DNA of 64,000 nt from an uncultured Bacilli bacterium (GCA_934699525.1 CAKUWP010000004.1:42724-106723), one strand, 5' to 3'; positions 39,386 through 49,915 are shown, counted from the first letter of the stretch. The notes: generated from the sequence alone by a model not told the origin. A program made the numbers and translations.

Positions 39386-40138
39386 CTATATTCTATCCAA
39401 GCCCACTTTGATTTTTTCGTAGCCCCACAAAATATGATCCATTTCCGTCCTACTGAGCCCTGGGCTCTTTGCCTTTAATTCATCCAATGATTTGCAGAGA
39501 TTCTCGTACCATTGCGCGGTTACTTTGACGTCGATTGTTGTTTTCACGGTCCTCTTAAGACCATAGTACTTTCTATAATCATTCAATTTACCAACAACAT
39601 TATTGTCGTAAATGTAGTAAGAATCGCCGTCAAACAAATATTCCTGAAGATATTTGCACACCTTGCTGCACCAACTACATTCGTGTCTTGATTTTAGCGA
39701 AACAAATTTCTCCATTTCCTCCACCAAGGTCCACTCGCCATCTTTTAATCTCCTATAAAACGTAGCGTCTTGATTCAATATGAAATCAGTAATCGCATCT
39801 TTGGATTGTTTGGATTTGCCTTGAATACGATTTGAAATCGCTACCTGCCATACAAATTTTTCAAGGTTGGCTCTTGTAAGGGCCTTTTGTATATTTTGAA
39901 CACTGCTTCTATTTTGGAAAACACCCAATACCTTCAAAATTTTAACCTGAGAATTTAGTTGGTTCTGGGTTTCCTTTTCGATTATTTGTGCGTCGCTCTT
40001 CGTCAAAGGGCAAATGTAATGCCGTAATTCATCTCGAATATCCCTTATAGAAAATTTGGCACTCAGATGACCGTCAATCATTCCCAACAATGATGTTTTA
40101 TTCACGTGATGCCCCTCCACCAATTTGGCATTTACCAA
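39386..40138 (-). CDS. hypothetical protein
   Basis: 250-aa ORF, 9 bp downstream of 40148..40711. Confidence 0.45.
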   Translation of the reverse strand: MVNAKLVEGHHVNKTSLLGMIDGHLSAKFSIRDIRDELRHYICPLTKSDAQIIEKETQNQLNSQVKILKVLGVFQNRSSVQNIQKALTRANLEKFVWQVAISNRIQGKSKQSKDAITDFILNQDATFYRRLKDGEWTLVEEMEKFVSLKSRHECSWCSKVCKYLQEYLFDGDSYYIYDNNVVGKLNDYRKYYGLKRTVKTTIDVKVTAQWYENLCKSLDELKAKSPGLSRTEMDHILWGYEKIKVGLDRI

Positions 40139-40147
40139 AAATGTTAA

Positions 40148-40711
40148 TCAAATTTTAACGCCCTTCTCTTGCTTGGCAAATTGATTCAAATACGTCATTA
40201 GCGATGTTCCAAATTTTGCTATATCATCAATATTGTCGACAATGATTAGCATACTCGTTTCAGACGGCCACGCTTTTTTAATACTTTTTGACGAACCCTT
40301 CCCGGCATAAGCCGCGAAAAAAATAAATTTCCCTTGGTAGAACACTATATTTTTATGCGCAACGGAATTTCGTATCGCTTCATAAAATTTCAATACCGTC
40401 ATACCGTCAGGGATAACAAAACAATTGCTCGAGATAAGGCTTTTATAATCCGTTTCCGAATCGCCAACTATATATGGCAAAGCCGTTTGTTCACTGAGCC
40501 ACGTAAAGTATTTTTTGCAATCAGTTGAGTTCCTGAAGCATTTGCTAATGCATATAGGATTTCCCAACGCTTCTTTTGAAACTCCGTATACAATTAGCGT
40601 GTTTAAAACATTTACATCGCTAAAAGGCACATTATTAACAATACAGTCCTCGGGAATGCCCAATAAACCCATGGATACATCTAACGTTTTTTCGTTTTTA
40701 TCATTTGGCAT
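40148..40711 (-). CDS. hypothetical protein with a possible HEPN motif
   Basis: 187 aa. RNSVAH fits the HEPN Rx4-6H signature. This is inference only. Confidence 0.4.
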   Translation of the reverse strand: MPNDKNEKTLDVSMGLLGIPEDCIVNNVPFSDVNVLNTLIVYGVSKEALGNPICISKCFRNSTDCKKYFTWLSEQTALPYIVGDSETDYKSLISSNCFVIPDGMTVLKFYEAIRNSVAHKNIVFYQGKFIFFAAYAGKGSSKSIKKAWPSETSMLIIVDNIDDIAKFGTSLMTYLNQFAKQEKGVKI

Positions 40712-40869
40712 CGCTTATCCTCCACACAAACTCCTTAAATGGCGTCCTTCTTCCCTTCCGTTTCCGTCCTGAATTTCAAATATATATCGATATAACGGAA
40801 TATAACTAAAAACCTCATCTTGTCTTTATCGTCAAGAACGTGCTCCACTAACTTATACTACAGCACTCC

Positions 40870-43800
40870 CTAGAAATCGAAATCCTCATCGGGATAAACA
40901 ACACCCTCATCCCCGGACAAGCAAAGAATAATGCAAGGAATGATATCGTTTATCACGTCGAACTTCCCACTTTGGAATTGATTGCCGTGCGGATTGGCTT
41001 CCCCCATATAGCAAATATTATAGCCCGTCGAAGCGTCCACATCAGGCGACCGAAGAAGAGAGCGACCCGACTGAGTGTCGGTCCAGCCTTTGGCCTTCGC
41101 TACCCGAAGAAAATAATCCGAATAATAATCCGATGAGGTGAGGCCGCATGCATCCTCATACAAATGCCCCTCCAATTTATAGGGGTCAAGTAATACATCC
41201 GAGGCATTCAAACCTAAAGATGGGCTCAGTACTTGATCCACGAATTCATTCACCTTTTCAACCCAAGGTCCCCCCTTTCCAAGAATGTATTCTTTGCCCT
41301 GTGAAGCTCCTGGCTTGAAGAAAGATTCGTTTCCAATAGGTGTTTTCATAGCCGCGCGATACGACAATAAAAACACTTTATCTTCCGTATCGTCGGAATA
41401 AAATGCGGTTGCCTCATCAGAAGTTGAACTCGCGGAATTGTCAAGATGAGCGGTGCAAATAACCCTTTGTTCGTTTTCGTTAAACACAAAGGGGTAGAAC
41501 TCATCCGTCAGCCACTTTCGAATATCCGAATATTTATACATCCAAACTGGATGAAACCCACCCTTGGTTACGAATTGTACCTGCCCATTCTCATTTGTCA
41601 CCTGAACAACATTTCCCGGATTCATCGGCCCTTTTGCTTCCAAAACATCCCTTGATGTCATCAAATAGAAGCAAGTTCCATTGCGGTGGGAAAACTTAAC
41701 AAATTTCCAAAAAAGCGGTTCGATAAAATAAAAATCATTTTCAACCTTGAAGAATTCGAGCCCCTTTAAATGGTACACGTTCTTTTCGTCCGGTTTTGTT
41801 TCATTCAATTCATCAATAAGTTTTGGAGTCATCACCTTGCTTTGTGGGTATTTCCCCAATTTAAAACGTAGTATTTTGTGTCCACAATAGTCATATTCCC
41901 CACTGACATTATTGGGGTTCCACAAACGGGTCAATGAAAGTGTCTCTTTCTTGTCGATTCTTACAATTGCGAGTTCTTCGCGAGCCGAAACCAGTTCCTC
42001 ATCTATCGTTTTAATTTCGCTCGAAGTGGCAATAATTTCTTGTATCTTCTTTTCATAAGAGGAAATAGTTTCTTTGCAAAGTTTCTTGTTTTCTTCCGTT
42101 TCTCTATCCAAACGATTCCTTAAATCATTAATTCTATTTCTATTTTCCCTTTTTTGATTTGAAATCTGATTTTCCAAAAGGCTTATTTGTTCCCGAAGCG
42201 CCTTCTTTTCTCCGATTGCAAAAATGCCACATTTCGAAAGTCGGCTAACCGCTTCATTATATTTTGATCGAAGGTCTTTGGATTTCTCTTCCAGAAGCAA
42301 CTCTTCCTTTTCAAATTCCGAATTAGATTTTTGGATTTCTTCTTCGAGTTTTTCTTTTAGACCACAGACGAAATCTTTAATTTCGATAATTTCCGTATTG
42401 CAGGATATCAGCGTTTGCTTCTTTTCTTCCAAATCACGAATGTTCTTCTCTAATTTCGCAGGGTCCTTTTCCTCAAATGAACGAATATAATCGTCGACAT
42501 TTTTATAGCCAGCAATCTCTTGAAATCCCTTAAATATTTCCTCTTTTTCCGCCTTGGTATTGAATCTAGAAATTCTAGCAATTAACTTCTCGTAAATAAG
42601 TTCCGTTAACGAGCCATTGAGAATCGAGTCCGCTTTGGTTTGATAAAATTTTGCTTGTCTTTTAGAGTCTTTAAAATCTCCAAGTTCTCGGAACATTTGC
42701 GATAATTCTATAAATTCTTTCGGCTTTGACGCTTCCTTTTTAAACGCAAAGGCTTCTTCGTATTTCTGAAGTTTTTCTAGATATTCTTTGTGTGGGGCAT
42801 ACTGTTTCAAAAAATTCTGAATTTCTCGGCATAATTCAGGTTCGTTTTTTTTAAGTTTTTGGAAATCGATATCCTCAATGTCCCACATGTCGTCAAATGC
42901 TTTTTCAGGGGTAGAATATTGGAAACTCGGCAATTTATTAACGTACAGAAAATTGCAAGAGGACGCCAATGGCGAATGTTTGGGATCGTAATCCTCTATG
43001 CTAGATGGATCTTCTAAAGCAAAAAGGACGCTCCATTTATCGTCGAATTCTTTTTCATCAAAATGACTAGGGTCTTTGACAAAAAGCAGCATGTGTCTTA
43101 GTTCTTTAAACGTGGAATGAATTAAATCATCCTCATTTTTCTGTTCCCGTTTGTCAGTTTGCTTGCGGGTTGTTTTTTCGAAAAGCTTATCAATTCCCTT
43201 TGTTAAATCTTGCAAATAGCCTAACTTGCCGACATCTTGTGCTTGAAGATTCGTAAACTCGTCTGGCATATCATAAGGGGAAATTCCTTTATAACAAGGA
43301 ATCAAATATTTGTTTTTTGCGCCACTACTTAGTTTCAAAAAACGAGCCCACTCATTCTTGACCCAAGGTGCATCAAAATATTCTTTTTTCGTGCCTATAA
43401 CAAGCATAATTTTAGAACTTGTCAAAGCAGAGAAAATATAAGGTTCATATTCTTGACCAATCTTATCCTCAAGAGATATTTTTGAGAAAAATACCTTATA
43501 GCCTCTATCGACCAAAGCATCGTAAATTTCCTCAGCCAAGACACTATCTGCAGTGCGCTGCCCCATTTCATCTGTTTCTTTATAACAAATGAAAATATCA
43601 TAAGGCGATTCGGAATTCGAAATTTCCAAGATTTTCTTTTGAACATTATCGATATATTGAGCTTCCGCTTCATAGATTTTTTTGGAAACGGAGTCCGCGT
43701 TTTCCAGCGCTTTTAAATAATCGGAGTCGTTCAAGATGGAGTCAACAACAGTTCGATGACAAGTCGGTATTTTCTTCCCCGTTTTGGGGTCATCAACGTA

Positions 43801-44097
43801 TTCCACGCCATACTTACACAAGCATAAGCCCCAATATGCCTCCGCCTGTCTTTCTTGGTCTAAAATAATCCGCTCGTAAATACAGCTCGCTCTATCGTAT
43901 TCATTTTTGGATAGCAGGTATGTTGCCCTATTATAAAGTTGCACGGTTTTTTCTTCATCCGTATTCGGTAACGTTTGTTTCGTACCGCAAAACGGACACG
44001 TTGCCGTTTTTTCTTGTCCGGAGATTTCTAAATCTCCACCGCACATTTTGCATTTATAAAACATACCCCATCCTTTCGGAATGCACCGTAACTCCAA
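40870..44097 (-). CDS. zinc-ribbon / TIR domain / coiled-coil protein with an unknown C-terminal domain
   Basis: 1075 aa with an N-terminal CKMCGG...CPFCG zinc ribbon. The TIR core is YDIFICYKETDE...KVFF...SKIMLVIGTKKEYFDAPWVKNEW. A long E/K-rich coiled coil follows. The likely true start is the MFYKCK Met at 44064. Confidence 0.75.
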   Translation of the reverse strand: MELRCIPKGWGMFYKCKMCGGDLEISGQEKTATCPFCGTKQTLPNTDEEKTVQLYNRATYLLSKNEYDRASCIYERIILDQERQAEAYWGLCLCKYGVEYVDDPKTGKKIPTCHRTVVDSILNDSDYLKALENADSVSKKIYEAEAQYIDNVQKKILEISNSESPYDIFICYKETDEMGQRTADSVLAEEIYDALVDRGYKVFFSKISLEDKIGQEYEPYIFSALTSSKIMLVIGTKKEYFDAPWVKNEWARFLKLSSGAKNKYLIPCYKGISPYDMPDEFTNLQAQDVGKLGYLQDLTKGIDKLFEKTTRKQTDKREQKNEDDLIHSTFKELRHMLLFVKDPSHFDEKEFDDKWSVLFALEDPSSIEDYDPKHSPLASSCNFLYVNKLPSFQYSTPEKAFDDMWDIEDIDFQKLKKNEPELCREIQNFLKQYAPHKEYLEKLQKYEEAFAFKKEASKPKEFIELSQMFRELGDFKDSKRQAKFYQTKADSILNGSLTELIYEKLIARISRFNTKAEKEEIFKGFQEIAGYKNVDDYIRSFEEKDPAKLEKNIRDLEEKKQTLISCNTEIIEIKDFVCGLKEKLEEEIQKSNSEFEKEELLLEEKSKDLRSKYNEAVSRLSKCGIFAIGEKKALREQISLLENQISNQKRENRNRINDLRNRLDRETEENKKLCKETISSYEKKIQEIIATSSEIKTIDEELVSAREELAIVRIDKKETLSLTRLWNPNNVSGEYDYCGHKILRFKLGKYPQSKVMTPKLIDELNETKPDEKNVYHLKGLEFFKVENDFYFIEPLFWKFVKFSHRNGTCFYLMTSRDVLEAKGPMNPGNVVQVTNENGQVQFVTKGGFHPVWMYKYSDIRKWLTDEFYPFVFNENEQRVICTAHLDNSASSTSDEATAFYSDDTEDKVFLLSYRAAMKTPIGNESFFKPGASQGKEYILGKGGPWVEKVNEFVDQVLSPSLGLNASDVLLDPYKLEGHLYEDACGLTSSDYYSDYFLRVAKAKGWTDTQSGRSLLRSPDVDASTGYNICYMGEANPHGNQFQSGKFDVINDIIPCIILCLSGDEGVVYPDEDFDF

Positions 44098-44182
44098 CTA
44101 TTTCGCTGCACGTCCTCGATTATGCGATTGTTTCGCATTTTCATTTATCATTACAGAGAAACGAAAACACGGTGAAAGTTAG

Positions 44183-45421
44183 TTAGGGCCTGTCGGCCTT
44201 GAATTCGCTATCGATTTTTTCAATTCGTGTTTGAACGGAGTCGATTTCCGTTTGAATTTCTTTTTTGATTTTTTCTACCCGTTCTTTTTGCAGATAAATC
44301 TCCCTAGTAAGCTGTTCAATTTGTTGTTTTTTTGCCTTCTTTTCTTTCATGGCGAAAAATCCAAGCGATGACAACGTCATATTGGCGATCTGGATTTCTT
44401 CTTTTAAATCCGCAATTTCTTTATCCGCGTTGGTTTTATCTTTTTTTGCTTCTAATTCGCTTACCCGAGATAAAAGTTCCTCTTTTTCTGAAAGTAGCGA
44501 CTTCTTAAGTTCTTGATTATTTTCCCAATATTTTTGGATTCTAACCCTCTTTTCCGCCTCTAGCCGAGCCTCCTCTTCTTTTCGGTGTCTTTCTTCCAGT
44601 TCGTTTTTTCTATTTTCAAATGCCTGCAGTTTTCTTTTGTGCTCTTCCAATTCTTTTTTCCATATTTCTTTAGCCTCATAGGACAAGCCTATGTTTTGCG
44701 TAGCCAAACGATCGTAAAGATCCCAATAACGATGCGGATAAGTCAAATTGAGGCCCGTTTTGTCCATTTCTATTAGTTGTTGGTAGGCCGAATCCAAGCA
44801 AACGTCCCCATACTCATCAAGCGAGTCAAGAATCGTTCGGCAATTAATCAAAGCCGCGATGTATTCGTGCCAGCCTGAGCTGTCATCTTCATGATCGTAT
44901 TTCTTCCATTTATCGGAGATTTCATTAATGGCCTGCATAACTATTGACGTTATATAGTTGCCGAAATACCCCATAAGCCATCTATAACTTATAAACGATT
45001 CATTCTTCTTAGACACGGAATAAAATGCGTCTCGGCACTTTACTACAACATCCGCAAAGCCAACCGCAACATTCGTTTCTTCAGGATAACTAATAAAACT
45101 TTCCTTGACCTCGTCAACGCGATACATGCCCCAGCAGCCAAGAATCATTTCAACCTCATAGCCTATATAAAATTTCTCATCCTCGTCACATGAAGAATAT
45201 GGTTCTAAATAATTCGAAACTGCCGTCGAGGCTTCGCCCGTCTTGTTATCGTCAAGCAACTTTCGAACCTCGTGAAAGCACCGGGTGACGAAATCACCAC
45301 GCTCCTTGTACGATTCAGCATAGTCGGATTCATATTCTTTTCCGCAGGTCCTGCAAGCATATTTTAGCGGGCCCTTTTTAAATATAACTCCGCCACATTC
45401 CTTGCATTTTTGTAAAACCAT
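44183..45421 (-). CDS. zinc-ribbon coiled-coil protein
   Basis: 412 aa with an N-terminal CKECGG...CRTCGK. Its C-terminal coiled coil shares the motif GFFAMKEKKAKKQQI with the TIR protein (GIFAIGEKKALREQI). Confidence 0.6.
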   Translation of the reverse strand: MVLQKCKECGGVIFKKGPLKYACRTCGKEYESDYAESYKERGDFVTRCFHEVRKLLDDNKTGEASTAVSNYLEPYSSCDEDEKFYIGYEVEMILGCWGMYRVDEVKESFISYPEETNVAVGFADVVVKCRDAFYSVSKKNESFISYRWLMGYFGNYITSIVMQAINEISDKWKKYDHEDDSSGWHEYIAALINCRTILDSLDEYGDVCLDSAYQQLIEMDKTGLNLTYPHRYWDLYDRLATQNIGLSYEAKEIWKKELEEHKRKLQAFENRKNELEERHRKEEEARLEAEKRVRIQKYWENNQELKKSLLSEKEELLSRVSELEAKKDKTNADKEIADLKEEIQIANMTLSSLGFFAMKEKKAKKQQIEQLTREIYLQKERVEKIKKEIQTEIDSVQTRIEKIDSEFKADRP

Positions 45422-45433
45422 ATCAAACCTCCA

Positions 45434-45724
45434 TTAATATTGGGACTTTGTCCCATCTGCATAGCATATTAAAAATGAAACAACATCAGTTAACGTGCCG
45501 AGAACGCCTGTAGAAGTCGCGCCTCCACCCAACTTGCAGGGAATCCACAAGCCGTTCCTGCGAACGTTGACTTCCCCAAATAACGCTTTATATCCACTCG
45601 CCCCTTCGTGGTATGTCGTGTTTCTTACCGTCGGAAACGCGAACAAAGCAAAACAGAGTACCAAAAAAGCAAGAAGTATACCGCAACCTACGGCATCCTT
45701 TTTCACGATCTCTTCCTTCCGCAA
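45434..45724 (-). CDS. small single-pass membrane protein
   Basis: 96 aa with one hydrophobic helix. Its start overlaps the end of the SPFH gene by 22 bp. Confidence 0.5.
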   Translation of the reverse strand: MRKEEIVKKDAVGCGILLAFLVLCFALFAFPTVRNTTYHEGASGYKALFGEVNVRRNGLWIPCKLGGGATSTGVLGTLTDVVSFLICYADGTKSQY

Positions 45725-47349
45725 TTGGGGCAGAAATTGGTCGTTATACCCGTTGTACCGCAGTTAGGGCAATCCCAATCTTCAGCAGGCTTTTTTTGTC
45801 CACAATTTGGGCAAAAATTGGAAGAGATTCCCGAGGTTTTGCAATTAGGGCAGTTCCAAAGAACGGGGGTTTTATTTTCGACCACAGGGGCACCATTCAT
45901 CGCGCCAACCACTTCTTTTGAGAGTTCCTTGCCGACCTCTTTGACAATGGAAATCTTAACAGCATCCGTGGCCAAACCGGTGATTCCATCGGCGCTTGAC
46001 CCTACACCATCGATATGTTGAACAGCGCCAGTCGCAACCTGCCTCGTCGTTTCGTCACGGTACGAATAGCCTTTCATCCTCATTTCATCCGCTTCCGCAC
46101 TAGCTTTGGCCCTATAAGCATCGGCGCTTCCTTCAGCTTTTATCCTTTCGACTTCCGCCGCAGCCTTCGCACGCGCAATTTCAACGCTGGATTCTGTTTC
46201 GACTTCTGTCATTAGTCTATCGTGAGCGGCTTGTGCAATCGTTTGCTTAATTCTCTCGTCTTGAACTCTCAGATACTTCTCCGCGTATTGCTCTTTCATT
46301 TTTCTAAAATTCGGGTCGTCATCGGGAGTGAGAATATTGGATATGATAAAGTCGGTCAATTCGATACCGAATTTAGCAATCTGTTTATTGATTTCGGCCA
46401 GCATCGCTTCGCTTATTTCTTGAATGTGCAAATCCACTTCCAGTATGTTGACGTCATTTTCTTTAATGATCTTCCCCAGGAAGTTTTTGACGACACTTAC
46501 AACATTGGGTCTGAATTTCAATGAAATCTCGTCCGATTTCACCCCTTCTTCTAACGATGTTCCGAGTCCAACAACATAGAATAGGAATTTCTCATAATCA
46601 CAAATACGATAGTTATATGTCCCGCATGCGCCTAGTTCAACGTGGAGCCCGGAGAGCGGATCGAACATTCTGATTTTGCTGTCAGTTCCCCAACGCTGAT
46701 TCGTTTGAAACGTCTTCGAAACAAAGAACAATTGTGAATGGAATGAAACGTTTTCTTCATCAAAATTGTCTTTTGAAAGAAGCAAATTACCCAAAGTGAC
46801 AGAATGACGGCCAGCTTCAAACTTACCCGCCAATTTCCCATCCCTTATGAAAATCGCAACCTGAGATTCATTCACTACGATTTGCGATCCGAAGGCAAAA
46901 TCTTCAGATGGGTGTTTCCAAACACAAACATCGTCTTTCTTTTCGCATTTCAAAAGAGTCGGCTGAACTTTTTCCAGATAATCTTGTTCGACGAGTCTTT
47001 CCTGAACATTGATGTGCGTATCGCAGAGTGGGCATACCGCTATTTGAGCGTCCTTCTCTGTCGTAATATGGCAAAAGCACTCCGGACAAATAACATCAAC
47101 GTACTTATATTCATCTTTTGGCTGTATTAAATGTTCTTTGCAAACCGGGCAAATGGGATCATCAGTTTTGCCCCTATTGTAAACAATCAAATTGCCACAA
47201 TGCGGACATTGTTTCGTCCTCATTTTTTCGGTTTTTACCGCCATAACATACCCGCATTGGCACGTAATCTTCCGTTTTGCAAAGAAAGATGTGGACGCTT
47301 CATTGATTCGTCCGCAAACCGGGCATTCAATCAAAAATTTTCTTGCCAT
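45703..47349 (-). CDS. SPFH/Band 7 domain protein with N-terminal (x4) and C-terminal (x2) zinc ribbons (YdjI-like)
   Basis: 548 aa with repeated CPxCG motifs, an SPFH-like core and an A/E/R-rich flotillin-type coiled coil. Confidence 0.65.
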   Translation of the reverse strand: MARKFLIECPVCGRINEASTSFFAKRKITCQCGYVMAVKTEKMRTKQCPHCGNLIVYNRGKTDDPICPVCKEHLIQPKDEYKYVDVICPECFCHITTEKDAQIAVCPLCDTHINVQERLVEQDYLEKVQPTLLKCEKKDDVCVWKHPSEDFAFGSQIVVNESQVAIFIRDGKLAGKFEAGRHSVTLGNLLLSKDNFDEENVSFHSQLFFVSKTFQTNQRWGTDSKIRMFDPLSGLHVELGACGTYNYRICDYEKFLFYVVGLGTSLEEGVKSDEISLKFRPNVVSVVKNFLGKIIKENDVNILEVDLHIQEISEAMLAEINKQIAKFGIELTDFIISNILTPDDDPNFRKMKEQYAEKYLRVQDERIKQTIAQAAHDRLMTEVETESSVEIARAKAAAEVERIKAEGSADAYRAKASAEADEMRMKGYSYRDETTRQVATGAVQHIDGVGSSADGITGLATDAVKISIVKEVGKELSKEVVGAMNGAPVVENKTPVLWNCPNCKTSGISSNFCPNCGQKKPAEDWDCPNCGTTGITTNFCPNCGRKRS

Positions 47350-47810
47350 TCTTGCTTACCCCCTTTTACAATCGCCCAGATTAAGCGTGGCTTTTGGCCT
47401 AATGGCTCCCCATTTTCGCCTTTTTTATAGCGAAAATGTCAATGCCACATAGAAAGCCTCAAGTACGTCACCGCTAAAACCTGGGAGATGTTTAATCGCA
47501 ATGATTAGACATATCTTTTCTAGCATTTCCGAAAATATTTTGCAACTTGGATTCCATGATTTTTTCGGTATTTTGTCTTAATGGTACTCAAATTTCCGAA
47601 AAAGACCAACGCGCCTTTGTCCAATTCGGAATAATTGGCATCACGTATCGATCAGGATCCCCCACTTCCTTGGCCATAGAACCCCATTATTTGCGTTGCC
47701 CAAGCAAAATATAGAAGCCTTGGTTTTTTCTTACATTTCATTTTTCAAACAAACCTGTTGTCTCTCGCGTTATTTACAAAAACTATGCACGTATTAAAAT
47801 CATTGAAGAC

Positions 47811-48116
47811 ATGCAATCATGCATCTCGATAGAATGCCCCGATAATGAACTTGGAGCGCAAAATAGAATGGCGCATTTGAAGACGGAATTCGTTAGATTT
47901 ATCGGCAAGGCGGTATTGAGTGCCGCCACTCTTTTAAGGCTTGTATTTTCCAATGTTTCAATGCAGGATTTTTCAGCTAAATCTAGTATCGGCTGGAGCA
48001 GGTTTGCAAGTGCAGCCGATAAGCAACTATATGCTAAATATGGCTTGCCCGATAAAGGAACTTGCTTGATCGAAAATACGATAAACCAATGGATGAATTT
48101 GGAGGCAGTGGCATGA
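47811..48116 (+). CDS. small ORF translationally coupled (ATGA overlap) to the downstream gene
   Basis: 101 aa. Its stop overlaps the ATG at 48113. Confidence 0.3.
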   Translation: MQSCISIECPDNELGAQNRMAHLKTEFVRFIGKAVLSAATLLRLVFSNVSMQDFSAKSSIGWSRFASAADKQLYAKYGLPDKGTCLIENTINQWMNLEAVA

Positions 48117-49915
48117 ATATAGTACACGATTTGCTCCCTGCTCAAAAAACAAGAAAACGCAATCTTAAAGTAACGATTGATTTATATCCAATTACCACAG
48201 AACTCTATAATGAATTGGAGCGAATTGGAATTATTGATCGTATAAAAGATATTCCTCAACTTGGTCTAATAAAGGTAAAGAAAGAACTCAAAAAATCTAG
48301 GTATGATTACGCAATGCTTCAACTTTACTTTCACCAGTTGATAAGGCAGAAAATTCAGCCCAATTTAAGACTATCTTACGGTAACCATATAAAAAATGCG
48401 CCTATTGCAAATAAGGAAACTAATGAATATGCAGACTTTGGCATAGATGTCGGAATTATCAATAAGAGTTTCGCACCATCAATAGCAGACGCGATGCAAA
48501 CGCTATCGATTGTCTATAACATAGGGCATTTCTATAATACATTTACTTCATCTAGAGCCGTAGTTTTGCTTGCTGCAGAAGATATAAAATTTAGAAATCT
48601 GCTATTGGAGGCTTCTCGTGAGCCTAGATATAAAGAAACGGTTACTAAGCTACTTGAAGCAAAAAATTATCAGAAATTCCATTTAGTTAATTCATTGTTA
48701 ATATTGGAACACTGCAACCAAAGATTGCCATCTGTACTATTTGCAAAAGAACTTCTGTATGCATATATAAACGAACAGAATCTCCCGGAAAACAGCAAGC
48801 TAAAATACGTATTTGATGTCTTTAGAAAGGTCAGAACGTTATCGTATATGGCCTATGACCTTCAAATCGCCAAAACACCGTTCACCATTGATATTGCAAA
48901 TGGAGAAGCTCTACTTATTTTGATGACGGAATGGTTGTCTGAATACAATAATACGATGTCGCCCAATCATCTTGTTAATTCAATGAGCAAATTGTTAGAC
49001 GATACTGTTTACAATGAAAACTCAAACGCAATTTGTTACTACAGAATTTCAAAAAGAATTGTCGGTAAGCTGAAAGAATCGCCATCGCATAACGCCACTA
49101 GTTATTACAACGATTTGTTCTTAAATAAAGAAAGTGTTTTAAATGTCGCTTATTCGCAGAGTAGAAACTATATAGAAAAACAAATTCTCAAATTAACGTT
49201 TTCTAAGGATGATAGAAATTTGTCATTTGGTTTAATTGGTGATCTTGAAAGTTTAAATAATACTCGTGTTGGATATTATGATAGGCGTACCGGCGAGCAA
49301 ACAATAGTCGCGTCGATAAAGTCATCGTGCAATTATGAAAAAAAGACGTTAGCGGCATTAAAGATAATTAGAAAGGCTATCTCCGCATTGAGAAAAATAG
49401 GCGATATTTCAACTTCGGACACGAGATATATACTTTGCGTAAAATTTTTCTTATTTTACTTATTTAGAGAAAATCCAGCCGTTATTGTTCCAACTATTAG
49501 CAAAGAAAAATGTGTTTTTTGCACGAGGGGCAAAAAGAGCAGAATCAACGAAGTTAAGCGGTTATTGAATGACAATAATGGTTCCGAAGACCAAGCACAT
49601 GAATGCAAATTTTTAGTTAGCGTTCTTAATGAGGATAAAACGAATGATACAACATTAACCGTCCCGGCAAGCATTCAAGTATATGATAAAAATACACCCG
49701 GGAAAAAATTGTGCGAATTCGATGGAATAATCATTCACCCATTGAGAGAAAGGGATCAAGTTATCTTTTTAGAAGCCAAAAATATATCCCACACTCCTTC
49801 GGAAGGAAAGAACTGCCTATTAGATAAATTTAAAAAATTATCGATCCCGTATAGTGAAGAGGACATCAAAATTAGAAATTATGACGCATTTATGAAATAT
49901 TGCATAAGAAGGTGA
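48113..49915 (+). CDS. large AT-rich protein with a possible C-terminal PD-(D/E)xK nuclease motif
   Basis: A GGAGG Shine-Dalgarno motif lies 7 nt before the ATG. The C-terminus reads EFDGIIIHP...VIFLEAKN (D...ExK). Confidence 0.55.
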   Translation: MNIVHDLLPAQKTRKRNLKVTIDLYPITTELYNELERIGIIDRIKDIPQLGLIKVKKELKKSRYDYAMLQLYFHQLIRQKIQPNLRLSYGNHIKNAPIANKETNEYADFGIDVGIINKSFAPSIADAMQTLSIVYNIGHFYNTFTSSRAVVLLAAEDIKFRNLLLEASREPRYKETVTKLLEAKNYQKFHLVNSLLILEHCNQRLPSVLFAKELLYAYINEQNLPENSKLKYVFDVFRKVRTLSYMAYDLQIAKTPFTIDIANGEALLILMTEWLSEYNNTMSPNHLVNSMSKLLDDTVYNENSNAICYYRISKRIVGKLKESPSHNATSYYNDLFLNKESVLNVAYSQSRNYIEKQILKLTFSKDDRNLSFGLIGDLESLNNTRVGYYDRRTGEQTIVASIKSSCNYEKKTLAALKIIRKAISALRKIGDISTSDTRYILCVKFFLFYLFRENPAVIVPTISKEKCVFCTRGKKSRINEVKRLLNDNNGSEDQAHECKFLVSVLNEDKTNDTTLTVPASIQVYDKNTPGKKLCEFDGIIIHPLRERDQVIFLEAKNISHTPSEGKNCLLDKFKKLSIPYSEEDIKIRNYDAFMKYCIRR

